NCBI GenBank assembly: GCA_013239625.1
Contig: MU057332.1
Location: 11,166,645-11,230,644, forward strand
Direction of reading: 5' to 3'
Length of the DNA: 64,000 nt
Source: Lama guanicoe
Taxonomy: Eukaryota
The notes beneath the pieces are model-generated. The model was given only the letters and a program-made list of their open reading frames with translations, searched no databases and was not told the origin of the DNA. Both the position numbers and the translations under genes were made by a program. Below, piece after piece: positions 12,228 through 25,720 of this stretch. Within the stretch, counting starts at the first letter, position 1, and each line of letters opens with the position of its first letter.

Positions 12228-13844
12228 TAGCCTGCGGTTCTTAACGTGAAGATCCCAGCTGGGACTCAGGATATCCAAAGGTGCCCTGAAATTATGTGTA
12301 AATCACATGTAGACATAGAGACACTGTAAAGTTGACCTGGTATCTGAGTGTCAGGTCCAAGCAGTCTGATCACATGTTCTCTTCCAGAAGTTTGGAAATA
12401 GTATTGAGAAGTGTTGGTCTTACTCTTTAGAGGCGGCTGGAACCTCTGATGATGTTATGCGGGGGCTGTGGGTCAGTGTGTGCTAGAGGAAGCACAGCAG
12501 ACCACCGGCAAGGAGCAGGGACAAGGTCTGCAGGGAGGAGCAGGGACAGAGGCCACGTGGCCCTGGGGAGAGGTGAGGGAGCGTCTGGCCGCTGCTTCCA
12601 GCCCTCAAGAGGGCCCTGCTGCACCACCGCCCTTGAGTCCTGGGACCCCTGGGTTCTTCAGAGCAAACCTCCCTTTCCTCGTATGCTAGTTTCCTTACTT
12701 GCAACTAACCAGTTTCACCCAACCCAGTGCATTCATTTGTTCCTTTTTGGTGGAAGAAAGTCCACAGTTTTCACCAGACCCTTAGAAGTACTCATTGCTC
12801 AAAAAAGGTAAGAAGCCTCTGCACTATTTAACAAAGTCATTCATAAGAGTGAAGCACGACTTTGATCACTTGTCCAGATTTCTCCGAGTTTTATAAAATA
12901 TATAACTTTTCATTCTCAAAGAAAAGTGAAACTATAAAACCCCTCCCAGGTAGCAACAGAAGCCCAAAGCAAAACCACCGTGGCCAGCTGTCCTCTCGCC
13001 TCCGCTGCAACTCAAAAGGGGGCCACACAGGAGCATGAACTTGCAGGAAAATTATCACAGACACATATAAATCAGTAGCTAACTCTCAGTAACTCGCTGA
13101 GTTCTAGGTGATTCTAGATGCCCCAATGGCAGCAGGCACCCACTGATGATTTAATTTCACCCGTTTGGGCAGAATACAGCGTGGAGGTGGCACTGGAGGG
13201 CAGTCAGCCTCCGCAGTCAGGAGGCCTGCTTTCCAGTGTCAGCCCAGCAGCTAATTTGCTGTGGATCCTGAGTCACGCACCCCGCCTGTCTGATGGACTT
13301 CCAGTGGCTGAGCTGCGGACCATTCAGATGCCTTGGTGACTTTTCAGCTGGCCTGAGTCAGGACAGCAGCAGCCACGTCAGGGAAAGAAGGTCACTTCCG
13401 TCACTCAAGAAGGGCAGTGTGAATAGGACAGATGTGTCTGATAGGTGTTCGTTTTTCCACCAGACTTGCTCCTCCCACACTTGTTATTTTGGTGAAGGGC
13501 GTCCCCATAGCCCAGATCACCCAGGCCACAAACCTGGGTGGGGGTGTCACAGAAGCCCTCACACCTCACACTCAATCAGCCGGACAAACCCTGTAGAATT
13601 GACCATCCCAACAGCTTCTTAATTTGCTGCTTCTCTGTAACCCAACAGTCAGTGCTTTGTTGGAGATCCCCATTTCCTCTAAACCCACAGGAATGAACTT
13701 AACTCAAGTTAGAACCTAAAGTGCTTTGCAAAACAGTCCCCAACCAGCTTCATCTCTTGCCACACCCCTACATGCAGTCCGCCAGCAGCCATCCTGAGTG
13801 AAATGTAGTTCCTTAACTCAGGGCGCTGTTTCCAATCCATCTGT

Positions 13845-14100
13845 CTTTGCAAAGGCTGTTTCCTCTGCCTGGAATGTCCTTCCTCCCCGATTTTTCCAGT
13901 AAATTCCTCCCCTGACCACTTTCCTCTTCCTTCCTCTGTGGCACTAATGAAACTCCACAGTACTCACTCACTTACATGATTGTCTCTCATCAGACTGTGA
14001 GCCTTAAGGATAAATATTTATCTCATGAAACTTTATATCCCCAGGGCCTAGAATAGTTTGTGCATCTATACATGCAAAGTACTTGTTAATGAATGAATAT
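13845..14100 (+). mobile_element. L2 3' fragment
   Basis: gctgtttcctctgcctggaatgtccttcc...agactgtgagcc...ttgttaatgaatgaat. Confidence 0.75.
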
Positions 14101-14619
14101 GAAAAATTCCCTATCTCCCAAGTTTGTCTAAATTTATAATCATCTGCATTATTCCTTTGCCCAAGCCATAAATAACTGCATGTGAGTTCGCTCAATCTAC
14201 CACATCTGATTTGTATCCTACATCAAATTTTATCAGTGTGGCAGTGAGCAGTAAGTCTTTAAATCGGTTACCTCTACCACCTGAGGTTGCATGAGTAAGT
14301 AAATAAAATCATATATATATATATAATCCTAGTTCTATTTTTCCCTTCCTTCCACGCACACCATGGTTACAGACTACCGATCTAGTCAGCTCTTCTTAAA
14401 AATGGATGATGCCACTGATGCACAGACGACAGGACATATACCTTTTAATCCATTCTAAAGGGCTGATTGATTTGTTCTAAGTCATCTCTACTCTCTTGCT
14501 TGGCCCCCGCTTGTGAATAACAGTTGGGGTTTGCCAAGCAGAGCAAAAGTAAAGGCCGACCTGCAGATCAGGGCCACGCCTGCATTCATGAAGCCCTTGC
14601 TGTGCGTTTGTGCAAAGGC

Positions 14620-15057
14620 ACGGGAGGACAGTGGACCCACCCCCTCCTCCACAATCACTTTCTGCTTAGCCACCTTCCAGCTAGTTGTGGCCACACGCCC
14701 AGGTCTGGTTAGGAAGACACAAGAGGAGGTCTACAGGGTGGAGAGTCAAGGAAAGCTCTTTATTCTCTGATAAAATGAGGTACATTCATCTGGATTTCCC
14801 CCTTGTCCTTTATCCTTTCCACTCTTTTAGAAAGATGTAATGCCTGGGAGTCCATTAGTCAACTCGTTTTGTAGTCATGAGGACAAAAGTCCACGCACTC
14901 AGGGTGGTAAAGCAGAAAGAAGAGCCTCAGTCCTTGCTGACATTTTCAGTATCCTCAAATCCATTTGCAACATGAGAAAACTTAACCCCTACTTGTTCAA
15001 GCCACTGTGGTTGGGTTTTTCTGTTACTTCATCCAAACTCATTTCTAACTGAGATAC
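14620..15057 (+). mobile_element. MLT1 (ERVL-MaLR) LTR remnant
   Basis: 3' end aacccctacttgttcaagccactgtggttgggtttttctgttact...ctaactgagata is typical of old MLT1 LTRs; 5' boundary uncertain. Confidence 0.65.
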
Positions 15058-16269
15058 CAAGTACATGGATTTCTGTCATGATTCGACATGCATATGAGTG
15101 AAGGATCCAAGAGTAAGATATTGCATTTCTGGGATTTTTCTGTAGCACGCATTTTAAAGATGGAGAGTAGAAAAGATTGAGCAAAGGCCATCAACTGCGT
15201 GAATATATTTCACCCAAATTCAAAAGAGAACTCCAGATATTGTTTCTTCATGAACTCATGTTCTACAAATCAACTTAATCTTCCTTCCCAGCAACTGGAT
15301 AAGGTGTCTAACACTGGGATATGAGTAGCCTCTGCTAACCAGCCTTAATACTTAATACTCTGCTCTCTGATGCCCACACATTTTAAAATCAATCAACAGA
15401 GAAATGGTCACATGTATCATCACCATCACAAGAGTTACTGCCAACTCTCATTTGTAAAATATATTGTTTTTTTTAAAAATAACTCACAAATACCTGTTTG
15501 AAAAGACCGTGATTCTCTTTTTTATTTTCTTAACAGCTGTGGTATTTTCAGTGTGACATGCCCCATATACTTCCCCTAACTGAAAATAAAGACCAACATC
15601 CCCTCCCCCAGGTTCCCAATTGTTACATGTATTTGATTTGTTACCATAACAATCATAAAAACACAAACAAATACAGTGGACATCTGGATGAATGGAATTC
15701 TGGAGCTATTCCCAAACAGTGGCAATTTCAAACTATATGTCAATAAGAATGTACTAAACAGAAAGCAAAGCCCTAGGAAAGTGCCGAGGAGGTTGGTGGG
15801 TAGGGAGAGACTGGAAGGTCATTACTGTATTTTCATTAACATGGGGAATTAGCCTTTAAATAGGGTAATGGTGCTGATGCTTTGTGCAAACACAGATGGT
15901 CTATACAACCAATAAAAACACATTCTTAGCTTTATAATCTGTTGTTCTGTCTCAGAGAAGGGGAAAGTGTAGTAAATGAACTTTTACCACACTCTTCTTT
16001 TCATTCCCTTCTCATTCCTGTGAGCGTGAGTGAAACTGGATTTTGTTTGGTTGGTTTTTTAATTCCAGTTGTTAATTTGAAGATTCATCCAGACCTTGGA
16101 AGGTCTTCTAATAACAAGTCTGATTTGAGAGAAATGCTTAGCCCTTTAACACAGGAAATTCCATAATTAAGAGCTGGTGTGCTTCAAAAGCTTATGTCTA
16201 AGATGAGCAACTGGAATCTCTCATTTTAGAACTCGAAAGAAACTTATAGAAGAAGGGAAAGAAAACAAA

Positions 16270-16640
16270 CATGTATAGAGCATTGTGCTGGCTTTTTTTA
16301 TAAGCTGTCTCACCTAATTCTCACAAACCTCTGAAAGAGATTTTTTACTGCCACCTTTTATAGAAGAAGAAACTAAGGTTCAGAGTAAATTAAAGAAACT
16401 TGCCCAAGGCTATACAAAGGTTAAGTGGCAGAACGAGAATTCTAATTTTGGTGTTTCTGATTCTAAAATCTGTGCTTTTCCCAGTATAGTACTTTGCCTT
16501 TCTCAACGAGATCATATAATTTATACAAGGGTAAATTAAAACTCAGAGAGGTGAAGTAATTTCTCAATGTCATAAAACAAATTAATGGCAGATGGAATTA
16601 GAACTTCGATCCCTCACATCTTGGATCAGGTCCTGTCTGT
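16270..16640 (-). mobile_element. Two adjacent MIR fragments
   Basis: ttttatagaagaagaaactaaggttcagag...aacttgcccaagg and aactcagagaggtgaagtaatttctcaatgtca. Confidence 0.75.
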
Positions 16641-17164
16641 TACTTCATACCCTCTCTTCAGTCTCATGGTTTTTCCTCCCTGTACCCCAGGATTAAATCA
16701 CAACCCTTGAAATTAAAACAGTGTTTGAATCAGAGTCAGGGTCCTACTTCTCATACTCCTAAATCTCGAGGTATATTTAAAACCCTCAGTGAAGTACTGA
16801 GACGTTTGCATGAAATGCAAATTATTCCAATTCTGTTTTTATTAATATATTCACCCTAAACCATCATAACACAGGAGCAATTGTGGTGTCAGCTGAAAAC
16901 TATATGCCTTAAAATTGGTAACAGGGGCAGTAACTTCTGTGGAATGAAGCCAGAGGTGGGATGGGGAAGCCCAAACAGGTACCGGCATTGCTCGACTGCT
17001 TACACTGGGTAGTGTGTACTCTTTTAACTTGGTAACTAACATATATGCGACGTATAGTCTTTAAAAGTGTTGTACATTGCATTGAAAACGTATTAGAAAG
17101 AGAAAAGGCTAAGCCACATACATTCACATCGTATCTGCAGACTGACATGGAAATAAATGCCTTA

Positions 17165-17310
17165 TACAACTGTGGGCAAATTATTTACTCTCTGATCTTC
17201 AGTTTTCTTAATTACAAATAGGGCTAATGATTGTCATGGAGCCTTAAGAATAACATGGGATAAAGTATGTAAAATAATCTTGCACCAAACAGTAGCACTT
17301 TTTATTCTAT
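17165..17310 (+). mobile_element. MIR fragment
   Basis: tgggcaaattatttactctctgatcttcagttttctt. Confidence 0.65.
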
Positions 17311-17699
17311 GACAATAATATTCTGAATAGAAGAGATCTTTTACGTAAGATGCATCATTATCGACTGGTTTCTTCTGCATCAGATAGGGTTGACCCTCCT
17401 TTGTGCACTATTCAAACATAAAACCATTTATCATGTGTTATGTTACTTCCACCAATATACGGTATTTGTGTCCAATTCTATGTGAATTTCGCACACTGTT
17501 CCTTCATGTCTCATTCCCGTCCTTGATCCCAGTTCTCTCCTTGATCCAAGACTGAAGGTTCCCAGCGCTGAAAATCTGTGCCCAGTTAAAGGCAGTCACG
17601 CTGACCCCAGCTGCTCGTTACTGAGGAACGCACACAATCCCTGCTAACCCAGCTTGAGCTTCAGAGCTCTGATCCACCTCTGCAGACTCACCCCACCCC

Positions 17700-18115
17700 G
17701 TGTCTACACACAGGGCAGAGACCTGGGAAAACTATTTGGCATTGTCTGTAGTGTCCAAGAACATGTCTGGTTGTCTCATCCTGGAATGCCCTTTCCCCTT
17801 CAAAAGCCTTCTCATCCTTCAAGCGCAAACTCTAACACTTCATCTGGGGGGGAAGTCTGAGGAAGCAGATCATCCCTGTTTCAGTCCAAGTGAACATCCT
17901 TGTCTCCTGAGCTCCCTCGGTGCACTGCCTTGACACTGCCTATTTGGCACTCACACCATTTGGCCTTGTGGCACAGAGAGAAGCACCGCAGGTACAGTCT
18001 ACTGCGTGGTAAATTCCCCAGTAGGAGGGGCAGTCTCTTGTGTGTCCCTGAACTCTCACCCTCTATTTCCAAGTGCCAGGAAAAGAAGACACCCAATATA
18101 TATGTTGGTTGAACC
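17700..18115 (+). mobile_element. L2 fragment
   Basis: cctggaatgccctttccc...aatatatgttggttgaa. Confidence 0.5.
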
Positions 18116-19074
18116 AAATCGTTAACTGGGTATGAAAAGTTGTTATTGCTTCCCTTTGGGTCATGCACAACTACCAGCAATTAGACACATTCCTTAGATG
18201 AGCTCATGTGAAGTTAATTAATTCTCCAACTCAGCAGGTTACCAGAACTGAATGTACCCAACTCATCTACATGCTAAGATAATAAACAAGCTTTCTGCCT
18301 GCTACATTTTCTAACAGTGATCTCTGAAAGAAACTTTCCACTAGCTGTATGACTCAAGTAGCTCCCAATTAGAATATTCTATTCTAAAGGGCTTTACAAA
18401 GGTAGCAATATACCTAAGGTCCATAAATATCTTCTCTCTCAAAGACAGTTTTGCTCTACGTCATTTCAGGAGAAAATGCAACATCTAGGGATTTCATGTT
18501 TTACCCTCATTGATTACCTCCATGCATACATAGTTCAACAGCTTTATGGGGTAAGGTTCTAGGTAAATACAACAAACCCCAAAGGTTAGTGGCTCTTTTT
18601 CTATCAGTGGAATCTTGGTACAGTTTTAGAAGAGTCTTTATGACTCACCTTCAATTTCCATCCACTCACAGAACAAAACCACCATGAAATAGTGGTTGGA
18701 AAGGAGGATTTAAAATCAAGCTTCAACGATGGCAGATGCAAAATCCAGCCAATGCCAGCCAAAAATGAGCTCGAAAGTGCTCATAAGAAGAGGCTTGGGT
18801 TTACAAAACAATCCTCTTTGATGAGTTAAGTACAAGTGAATCAGAAACATATGGGTTAAATTCCCCTTGAAATACCCATGGATTTAAAATTAAGTGGAAA
18901 AGTGCTTGGCACAGCATAAATTCCAAGCATCTGAAATGCAGTTAAAGATCATTTTCTTTGAGACTTTAACAAGAGAGTTTCCCTGAGATTTCTTGCACAA
19001 AACGCCAGGTACCTCTTAGGTCAATGGCTGGTACTTCTCATAGCAGAGATGGTGGTTGATATCAGGCTGTCGAC

Positions 19075-19260
19075 ACAGAGGATCTGAATCCCAGCCCCAC
19101 CTGTCAGCACTGTGCGGCTGTGGAACCTCAGAGAGCCTCAGTTCCTTCATGTGTCGGGTGGAGATAACAACAGCTCCTTATATAGTTGTTGAGGTTTTGA
19201 TGAAATATTGTCTGTAAAACACCTAGAAGGCTCCCAAGTACAGAGTTTTTATCAGTGATA
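19075..19260 (+). mobile_element. MIR fragment
   Basis: tgaatcccagccccac...gagcctcagttccttcat...gttgttgagg. Confidence 0.7.
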
Positions 19261-19639
19261 GTTTTGAAACAGAGGCCGATAACAGAGTGATTTAACTTAA
19301 CAAAAAGCTTCTTAAAGTAATGTAAAACATCCAAGGGAGACAAATTAATAAGCAGAAACACCTGCCCCAACTTACAGTTTTTAGGCTGTCCTTTTTCATA
19401 GCAGACTGTACCAGCGAAGGAAGGGATTTGACATTCCAAAGCCCAAGACTGAGAGGTGGCTCGAATGGACACTACAAAACTACAATAGAGAGGGTCTGTG
19501 TTTTGCAAAAAGTGGCGGTGTGGTAGGTGGAAAGATGGGCTCTTAAAAACTAAAATCTTCATTCATTCATGAGTTTCATGTTATGTGAACCTCTGGCTTT
19601 CAGGATCAAGAAAGTCCTGACTTTCCTTGACATTTGAAA

Positions 19640-19750
19640 ACACTGATCAGGGCAGGGAAATGATCTGCCCAAGGCCACTCGGCTACTGCAAAGCAGAGCC
19701 AGCGCTAGAACTCGTTTCCTGCCTCCTGGTCCAGTACTGTTCTCACGAAA
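19640..19750 (-). mobile_element. MIR fragment
   Basis: tgatctgcccaaggccac...gcagagccagcgctagaactc...cctgcctcctggtccagt. Confidence 0.65.
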
Positions 19751-21679
19751 TCACGTTACGACTCTGGATGTGAGCCTTATAAACTCTGGTGCCAAGTGGC
19801 AATTGGTTTCCCCTCCAGGGGAGCGATGGAAGGGGCAGCAGAGTCCTTTCTAACCTCAGAACATGCCAGAGATGGCGTCAAGAAAGCCAGGTTTAAACCA
19901 GGTCAGCCAGAAGGGTTTGTCTAAAGCACAGCTGAGCAAGCCCCATTCAAGCCAGGATTCCGTCAGTACAACGGGCGTGTCCGCGACAAAGTTGAGTGAA
20001 CTCAGTTCAAGCCAAGTAGTCACTGAGCAGACGAGGCAAGATGGGTTCAGGTTGGAGACGAGAAGAGAAAAGGATTGGGTGAAGGTTTAAGGAAAGGTAC
20101 GAGGCAACTACTGGGTTCTCCTCCACAGCATCCTTCCCCCACTGGGGCTGCTCTGAGCTTAATTAGCTGTTGCAGAGGGTCCCTGTGATCTCAGCCATCA
20201 CTGGCTATGAGTGCATTTACAAGGTTCTCACTTAAAAATAAAACTTAACACTCATCTTAAACACGGTGCCTAAAATATAATTAAGGTACCTGGTGAGGAC
20301 ACTTATTTGCCAGGATCAAGGCTTTGAGTTCTGAATAACTAGGCTGCCCTTTTGGTGGCGAAGTCACAAGTCAGACTGGCTTTTTTTTTTTTTTTCTCTC
20401 CATTCAAGTATGTTTTCCTATAAAAGAATACCTCCTAAACAGGCTGGGCTTAAATAATAATTCACATCCCGGGTCCTCTCAGCGAGGTAAGCCAACCCAA
20501 TCCCATTTCCCAGCTCCCTTTTTGAATTCTCTTTGCTCCATCTAACTGTTCAGGCTTGGATCTTGCAACACGTTTCATGTATTTCTAGGCATACGTATTT
20601 GTTTCCTTCAATTATTTCTTATCCCAGAATAACTTCCCTTAGTTTATCTAAGTAGTGTAGTTCAGGATATAAAGAATTATAAATACTTGGGTATCATCTT
20701 GAACATGATTTCAACATTATTACTGTGAGGCTTAATTTTTTTGATATATCTTGGTAATTCCAGGAGGGAGGGTTTAAATTATTAGAGCTATTCCAAGCCA
20801 GGATATAAAACACTTTCTAAGCAGGTACTCCCTAAAGTGTGGTAAAGGGAGGCATAAATTCTCTAAGTCACCTTATAGCCCAGTCAAGCAAAGCATAAAG
20901 TTCTTCTGCTAAAGTAAAGGCTATTTTGGCACACTGACAACTAGCTTTGGAAATTCTATACCTACGAAGTTGGGCAGAATTATGAAAAGGCAAAAAAAAT
21001 CATATAAAATATCTGGCTACAGTATATACGAATACAAAAACAGATATATGAATAGCAGAGGGAGGGCTCAGATTCAGGGAGAAGATTAAGTGGGAATGGA
21101 CATCAAATGCGTTTTCAAAGAAGCAAAGCCCGTAGGGTGATATGGCTGGGTCTGTTTTTCTGATTGCTAATTTTTATGAAGCCATGTGATCTCTGAAGTC
21201 ATCTAAGAGTAGCTATAGCTCTGACTTTCTCGTTAGAGCTAATTCAGTGAGCTGTGGGGCACTGTATACATGGTCATAAGCACATCCTTGTAGGGAAGCC
21301 CCGCTTACCTGATTTTCCACAAGGAAAGCTGTCTCAGAGCTCTTGGAATTCACACGGCAAACAAGAAGTGCTATTATTCAGACTAGGAAGCAGGTGAATA
21401 AAAAGCCTTGCCCTCACTCAACATATGCCCCAAGGGTTTTGGTAAATGCAAAGAGCAGAAACCAGGGGTCTGCTGAGAAAGAGGCTTTACTTAAAGTTAC
21501 TGGAAATAGTGAATGCAGCGCACCAGAAAAGGGAGTAAGAGGACTGTGCACTGCAAACCATTTTCTCTATCTTAGGTATGTGTTCCTTTGACAATTTATT
21601 GGCTGGAACAGCCTGGTTCCTTTCTTAACAAATTGTAGCCACAAATATATTATGTCTAAGGAATTTTGAGACCCCTTCG

Positions 21680-21843
21680 NNNNNNNNNNNNNNNNNNNNN
21701 NNNNNNNNNNNNNNNNNNNNNNNNNNNNNNNNNNNNNNNNNNNNNNNNNNNNNNNNNNNNNNNNNNNNNNNNNNNNNNNNNNNNNNNNNNNNNNNNNNNN
21801 NNNNNNNNNNNNNNNNNNNNNNNNNNNNNNNNNNNNNNNNNNN
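21680..21843. other. Assembly gap
   Basis: Run of N. Confidence 1.
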
Positions 21844-22589
21844 CCAAGGACAGGCAGGCAGACCTCTGCGCGGAGCCAGGGTCCCGAGCAAAGCACAGTT
21901 TTTACAGTTCTCAAAGACTGTCTGCCAACCCAGGCAAGCTATGAGCCTTGCCTGCGTCCATGTGAACTAAGGAAACTGTGTAAACTGTCCTCACTTCCCA
22001 GAGTGACTGAGTAAATGCTAAGACTTTGAACTGTTAAGAGGTTTCCGTAGCATTCAAGCGTGGAAGGGATTCACTTTGGCAATGAGGAATAGACTGAACA
22101 AGATGATGGCATTTAAAAAGATGCGGGTGACAGAGGAAATTTCTCGTATCTGGTAGCACAAAAATAATGAACAAATTATACTAAAGAGAAAGACTGAAAG
22201 TACTTTATCTGCAAAACTCTTCCTTTTATGGAGACAAAGCCTGTCAGATGGTTTCCATGCCCATCACTTGCTTTCAGTCATTAATTATCCGCAAGGGGGA
22301 GTTTGTCTACTTCTACTTCATACACATGGGAGGCAAAATGAGGTAACAGTTGCTACGCAAGAGAAGTCAGGCTGATAGAATAAACAGTTTTGAGGCACGA
22401 ATGCAGAACTCATGGGGCCATCTTTCCTGATGGACATACTAAAGGCAACTGAAATGGCCACTGCCTGAAACCAAGCTTGCCCCTGGTGTTGGCAGGGGGC
22501 GGTTACGTTTTCTCTATGACACACTGTTTTCTGAAACCATCCTACATGCGTTCTCAAGCTGGAAGATGAAACAGATATGAGATGAAGCT

Positions 22590-22619
22590 CACACACACAC
22601 ACACACACACACACATACA
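22590..22619. repeat. (CA)n microsatellite
   Basis: Read directly from the sequence. Confidence 0.95.
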
Positions 22620-22629
22620 AAACCAGTAA

Positions 22630-22815
22630 AGGATCCTGGTTCGTGACTGGCTCCGCCACCTACAATACATTTATTCAAATCTCTTGATCTCTAAGCTTCA
22701 GTTTCCTTATCTATAAAAGTAGGATAATATTTTTCTCAGGGGTTGTGGTGGGGTATAAATGAGATAATACACAAGTGTTAACTCCAGTGGGTGCTCAAAG
22801 GGACACTATTATTAT
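22630..22815 (+). mobile_element. MIR fragment
   Basis: ctctaagcttcagtttccttatctataaaagtaggataata...ggttgtggtg...aaatgagataata. Confidence 0.75.
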
Positions 22816-23189
22816 TTGTGGAGGGGATGAGAGAATTTAATGTGATTCTCTGGGAATCAGAATTCCCCACCCTCTTGATAGTTAAGATGCAGTCTGTGCT
22901 ATGAGACATGAGAACTTCTAGTATATTTATAACTTGCATTTATTTCTAATTTATGTATTTATATTAATTATAAAATTAATCATTGGAATTAATACATAAT
23001 TTATATATTTATAAGTTGGACTGAATTTGTGAGTCCTCCTTGGTCTTCTTCCTATGAGCATGTTCTGATATTATAACTACAATGCGAGTTCCTAAAATTG
23101 AGGACCCATGGCATCAATTTCTTTTGGCTTTCTCCAAAAGGCTCCAACCAGAGTTGACTGAACCCTAATAATTCATATACTCAAGAACT

Positions 23190-23500
23190 TTCATTCTGGG
23201 AGGGGCCTTGGAAATTGTCCAGTCAATGCCATTTCATGTCACAGTGGAAAAAAATCCAGTAGTGGAAATTAGATGCCCCGCACCTCTGTGACCCCTCCTA
23301 AACCAACTAACCTCTCCGGGCCACAACTTCCTCATCTGAACAACAGAGATGGCACCATACTACCCACCCCACAGGGTCATTGTGAAGGCTATGTAAAATA
23401 ATGGCAAACCAGAAGAGGAGTGAGTTTTCATCATTATTATTGCAGACCAGAAAACTAAGTCTCAAGAGGGTTGAGTGATTTGCCCAAGGTCACCTGAATT
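23190..23500. mobile_element. Cluster of MIR fragments in both orientations
   Basis: aacctctccgggccacaacttcctcatctg (+) and agagggttgagtgatttgcccaaggtcac (-). Confidence 0.65.
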
Positions 23501-24010
23501 CCCAGTGATGAATGGTTTCTGTCAGGGAGGGCTTTAGGACTGTGGGTATGTGTGCACAATCACGGTGCCTTATCAAGCCAATTAGTGATTTCCTTAAAAC
23601 TAGCTGAATGGGCAGTCTTCCCCTTCCTGGCCTTGACCTTTGGAAATGTTCACTGCCTTCTGCTTACAGGGAGCTCCAGATTCCAGAGCATGTGTCCATG
23701 TAGCCTGGGCATAGTCAGAGCAATCACCTGCTTTGCTACAGTGAATGCCAACGCTTTAAAACTTTAAATTATTTTAAAATTCAACATAGACAATACATTT
23801 GCAGGGTTAAAAACTCAAGAAGCTTATAAAGTATTCACTGAAAAATCTCCTTCCCCTCTCATTTATTTACCCTCTGCCTAGTTCCTCCCACCAAACAGGT
23901 AACCACTTTATTAGAGCCCTCAACACTCATCCATAAAGGTTTTTACGAAAACACAAGCAGGTGTGAATATATTAAATGCCAACTCAAGCATCATGAGACT
24001 CAATTAAAAA

Positions 24011-24095
24011 AATTTTTAATAGAAGTACTGGAGATTGAACCCAGGACCTCGTGCCTGCTAAGCATGCACTCTACCGCTGAGCTCTAGCCTCCCTC
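24011..24095 (-). mobile_element. tRNA-derived SINE (vic-1-like, short form)
   Basis: gtactggagattgaacccaggacctcgtgcctgctaagcatgcactctaccgctgagct. TSD ctcaatt(a/c)aaaa at 23999 and 24096. Confidence 0.9.
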
Positions 24096-24374
24096 CTCAA
24101 TTCAAAATTTTAAAGAATCACATTTATCTTTTTTGACTTTACCAGCAATTCCCAATTGAGTCACTGAATCAACCACCTTCAAATGAAAAGTTTCCTGCTG
24201 TTACACTACGGAAAACCAATCTCTCTCTAAACGAAGGGCTTCACCTCTCAAACCAGAATCATGTTCTTAGGCCACTGAAGCTCGTTTTTAAAATGGCTGA
24301 CACAGTCAACCCAGTTGGCAGAGCAAAATATGAAAGCAAGTTGTTTTGGGCAAGGAGGTTGCTTTAGTTTAAGC

Positions 24375-24545
24375 CCAAATTTTAGTGTACATAAAAGTAA
24401 CTGAGGGGCTTATTAAAATGCAAGTTTCTGGATTGGATTTCCAACAACTCTGATTCTTTTGAGGGACAGGAGTCATATATTTACTGAGCAACCCTGGCAA
24501 TTAGGATGCACGTGGTTGGGAGACCACATTTTGGGAAACATTAGA
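24375..24545. mobile_element. MER5-like hAT-Charlie fossil
   Basis: ggggcttattaaaatgca...ctgattc...gaccacattttgggaaaca. Confidence 0.55.
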
Positions 24546-25599
24546 TTGGAAATTAGGAGAAGAGATTCAAGCCTGGACTCTCACCAATTAGATGTGTGAT
24601 CCCTGGCTAGTAACTTTGGTTCACTGGACCCTCCTAGCATCCTTGACAAAAGGCAGAAACTGGGTAAAATGGTCATAAGGTTCCTCTCCAGAGGTCCATC
24701 TGTGATGCTGTGACATCTTATGCAACTCTGATGCACAGCAGGTCCCAAAGAGACCATGTGGTTACTGGGATGTGTCTACTTCAGAGAAATTTGACATATT
24801 CTGAAAGAGCATGCAACATAGTAACCCGTGGTTTTTCTTTGCTTTCATAAATTTATTCTTTTGCCAAACGGTGACCATAGTACAAACGGGAAACTGAGTC
24901 AACGTCAGGCGATTCTAAACGGAACAGCCCTTCAAGCACGGGCATGGAGGTTTTGATTTTTGCCATTGGCAAAGGGAAACGTGCGTGCCTTGAAACAACT
25001 CCAAGCCTTGGATTCATTAGAAACAGAAACGTATTTTTCAAACCAAAGCATTTTCATTTTCAAGGATTAAAGTTCGGCTATTTTTAGAGATGGCACTCAG
25101 TCAGTGATGGCCCACTGGTTGGTCACCACTCAAATATTGGCATGTCAACATGCACAGGGGCAGAAAAGCTCTGCCCATGGTGTGGGGAAGGCATCTTCCC
25201 TACAAATGGGGGCCCCCAGGCTGAATCAGGCCGAGACCGCAGCCTACACAAGCCCTGCGCTCACCATCTCTCTAACCATAGCATTTAAGTAGAAGAGAAG
25301 TTTTTTATTTATTGTTTTAAGAAATATTTTGAAAAATGAAAATTTGTAGTGAAACATTTTAAACCCAGTATGTATTAGTTTGTCCTTTAGTGAAGAGGCT
25401 GCACTGCATTATAGTTGGGTGTGTTTTTATCGATTTGTCATTTCCTTCAGAGCAAGATTTCTCTAGTAACTCGCACTAGAGTTGTTGGCAAATATCAAGT
25501 CCTCATTAAATGCTTGAGGAATGAATGACTGACAAATGAAAAATGAAGAAGATATTTGCCTCAGAATCCTGTCTGGAGTTCCTTTATGGACCAAGCTTT

Positions 25600-25720
25600 A
25601 TCATCCATATTTATTGAGAACTACTGTATGTCAGGCCCCGTTTTAGGCACTGAAGACATAACAGGAAACAGGCAGCCAACTCCTATTTTCCTGACACTAA
25701 CACTCTAGAGGGAGAGAGAT
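25600..25720 (-). mobile_element. L2 3' fragment
   Basis: atatttattgagaactactgtatgtcaggccccgttttaggcactgaaga. Confidence 0.7.
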
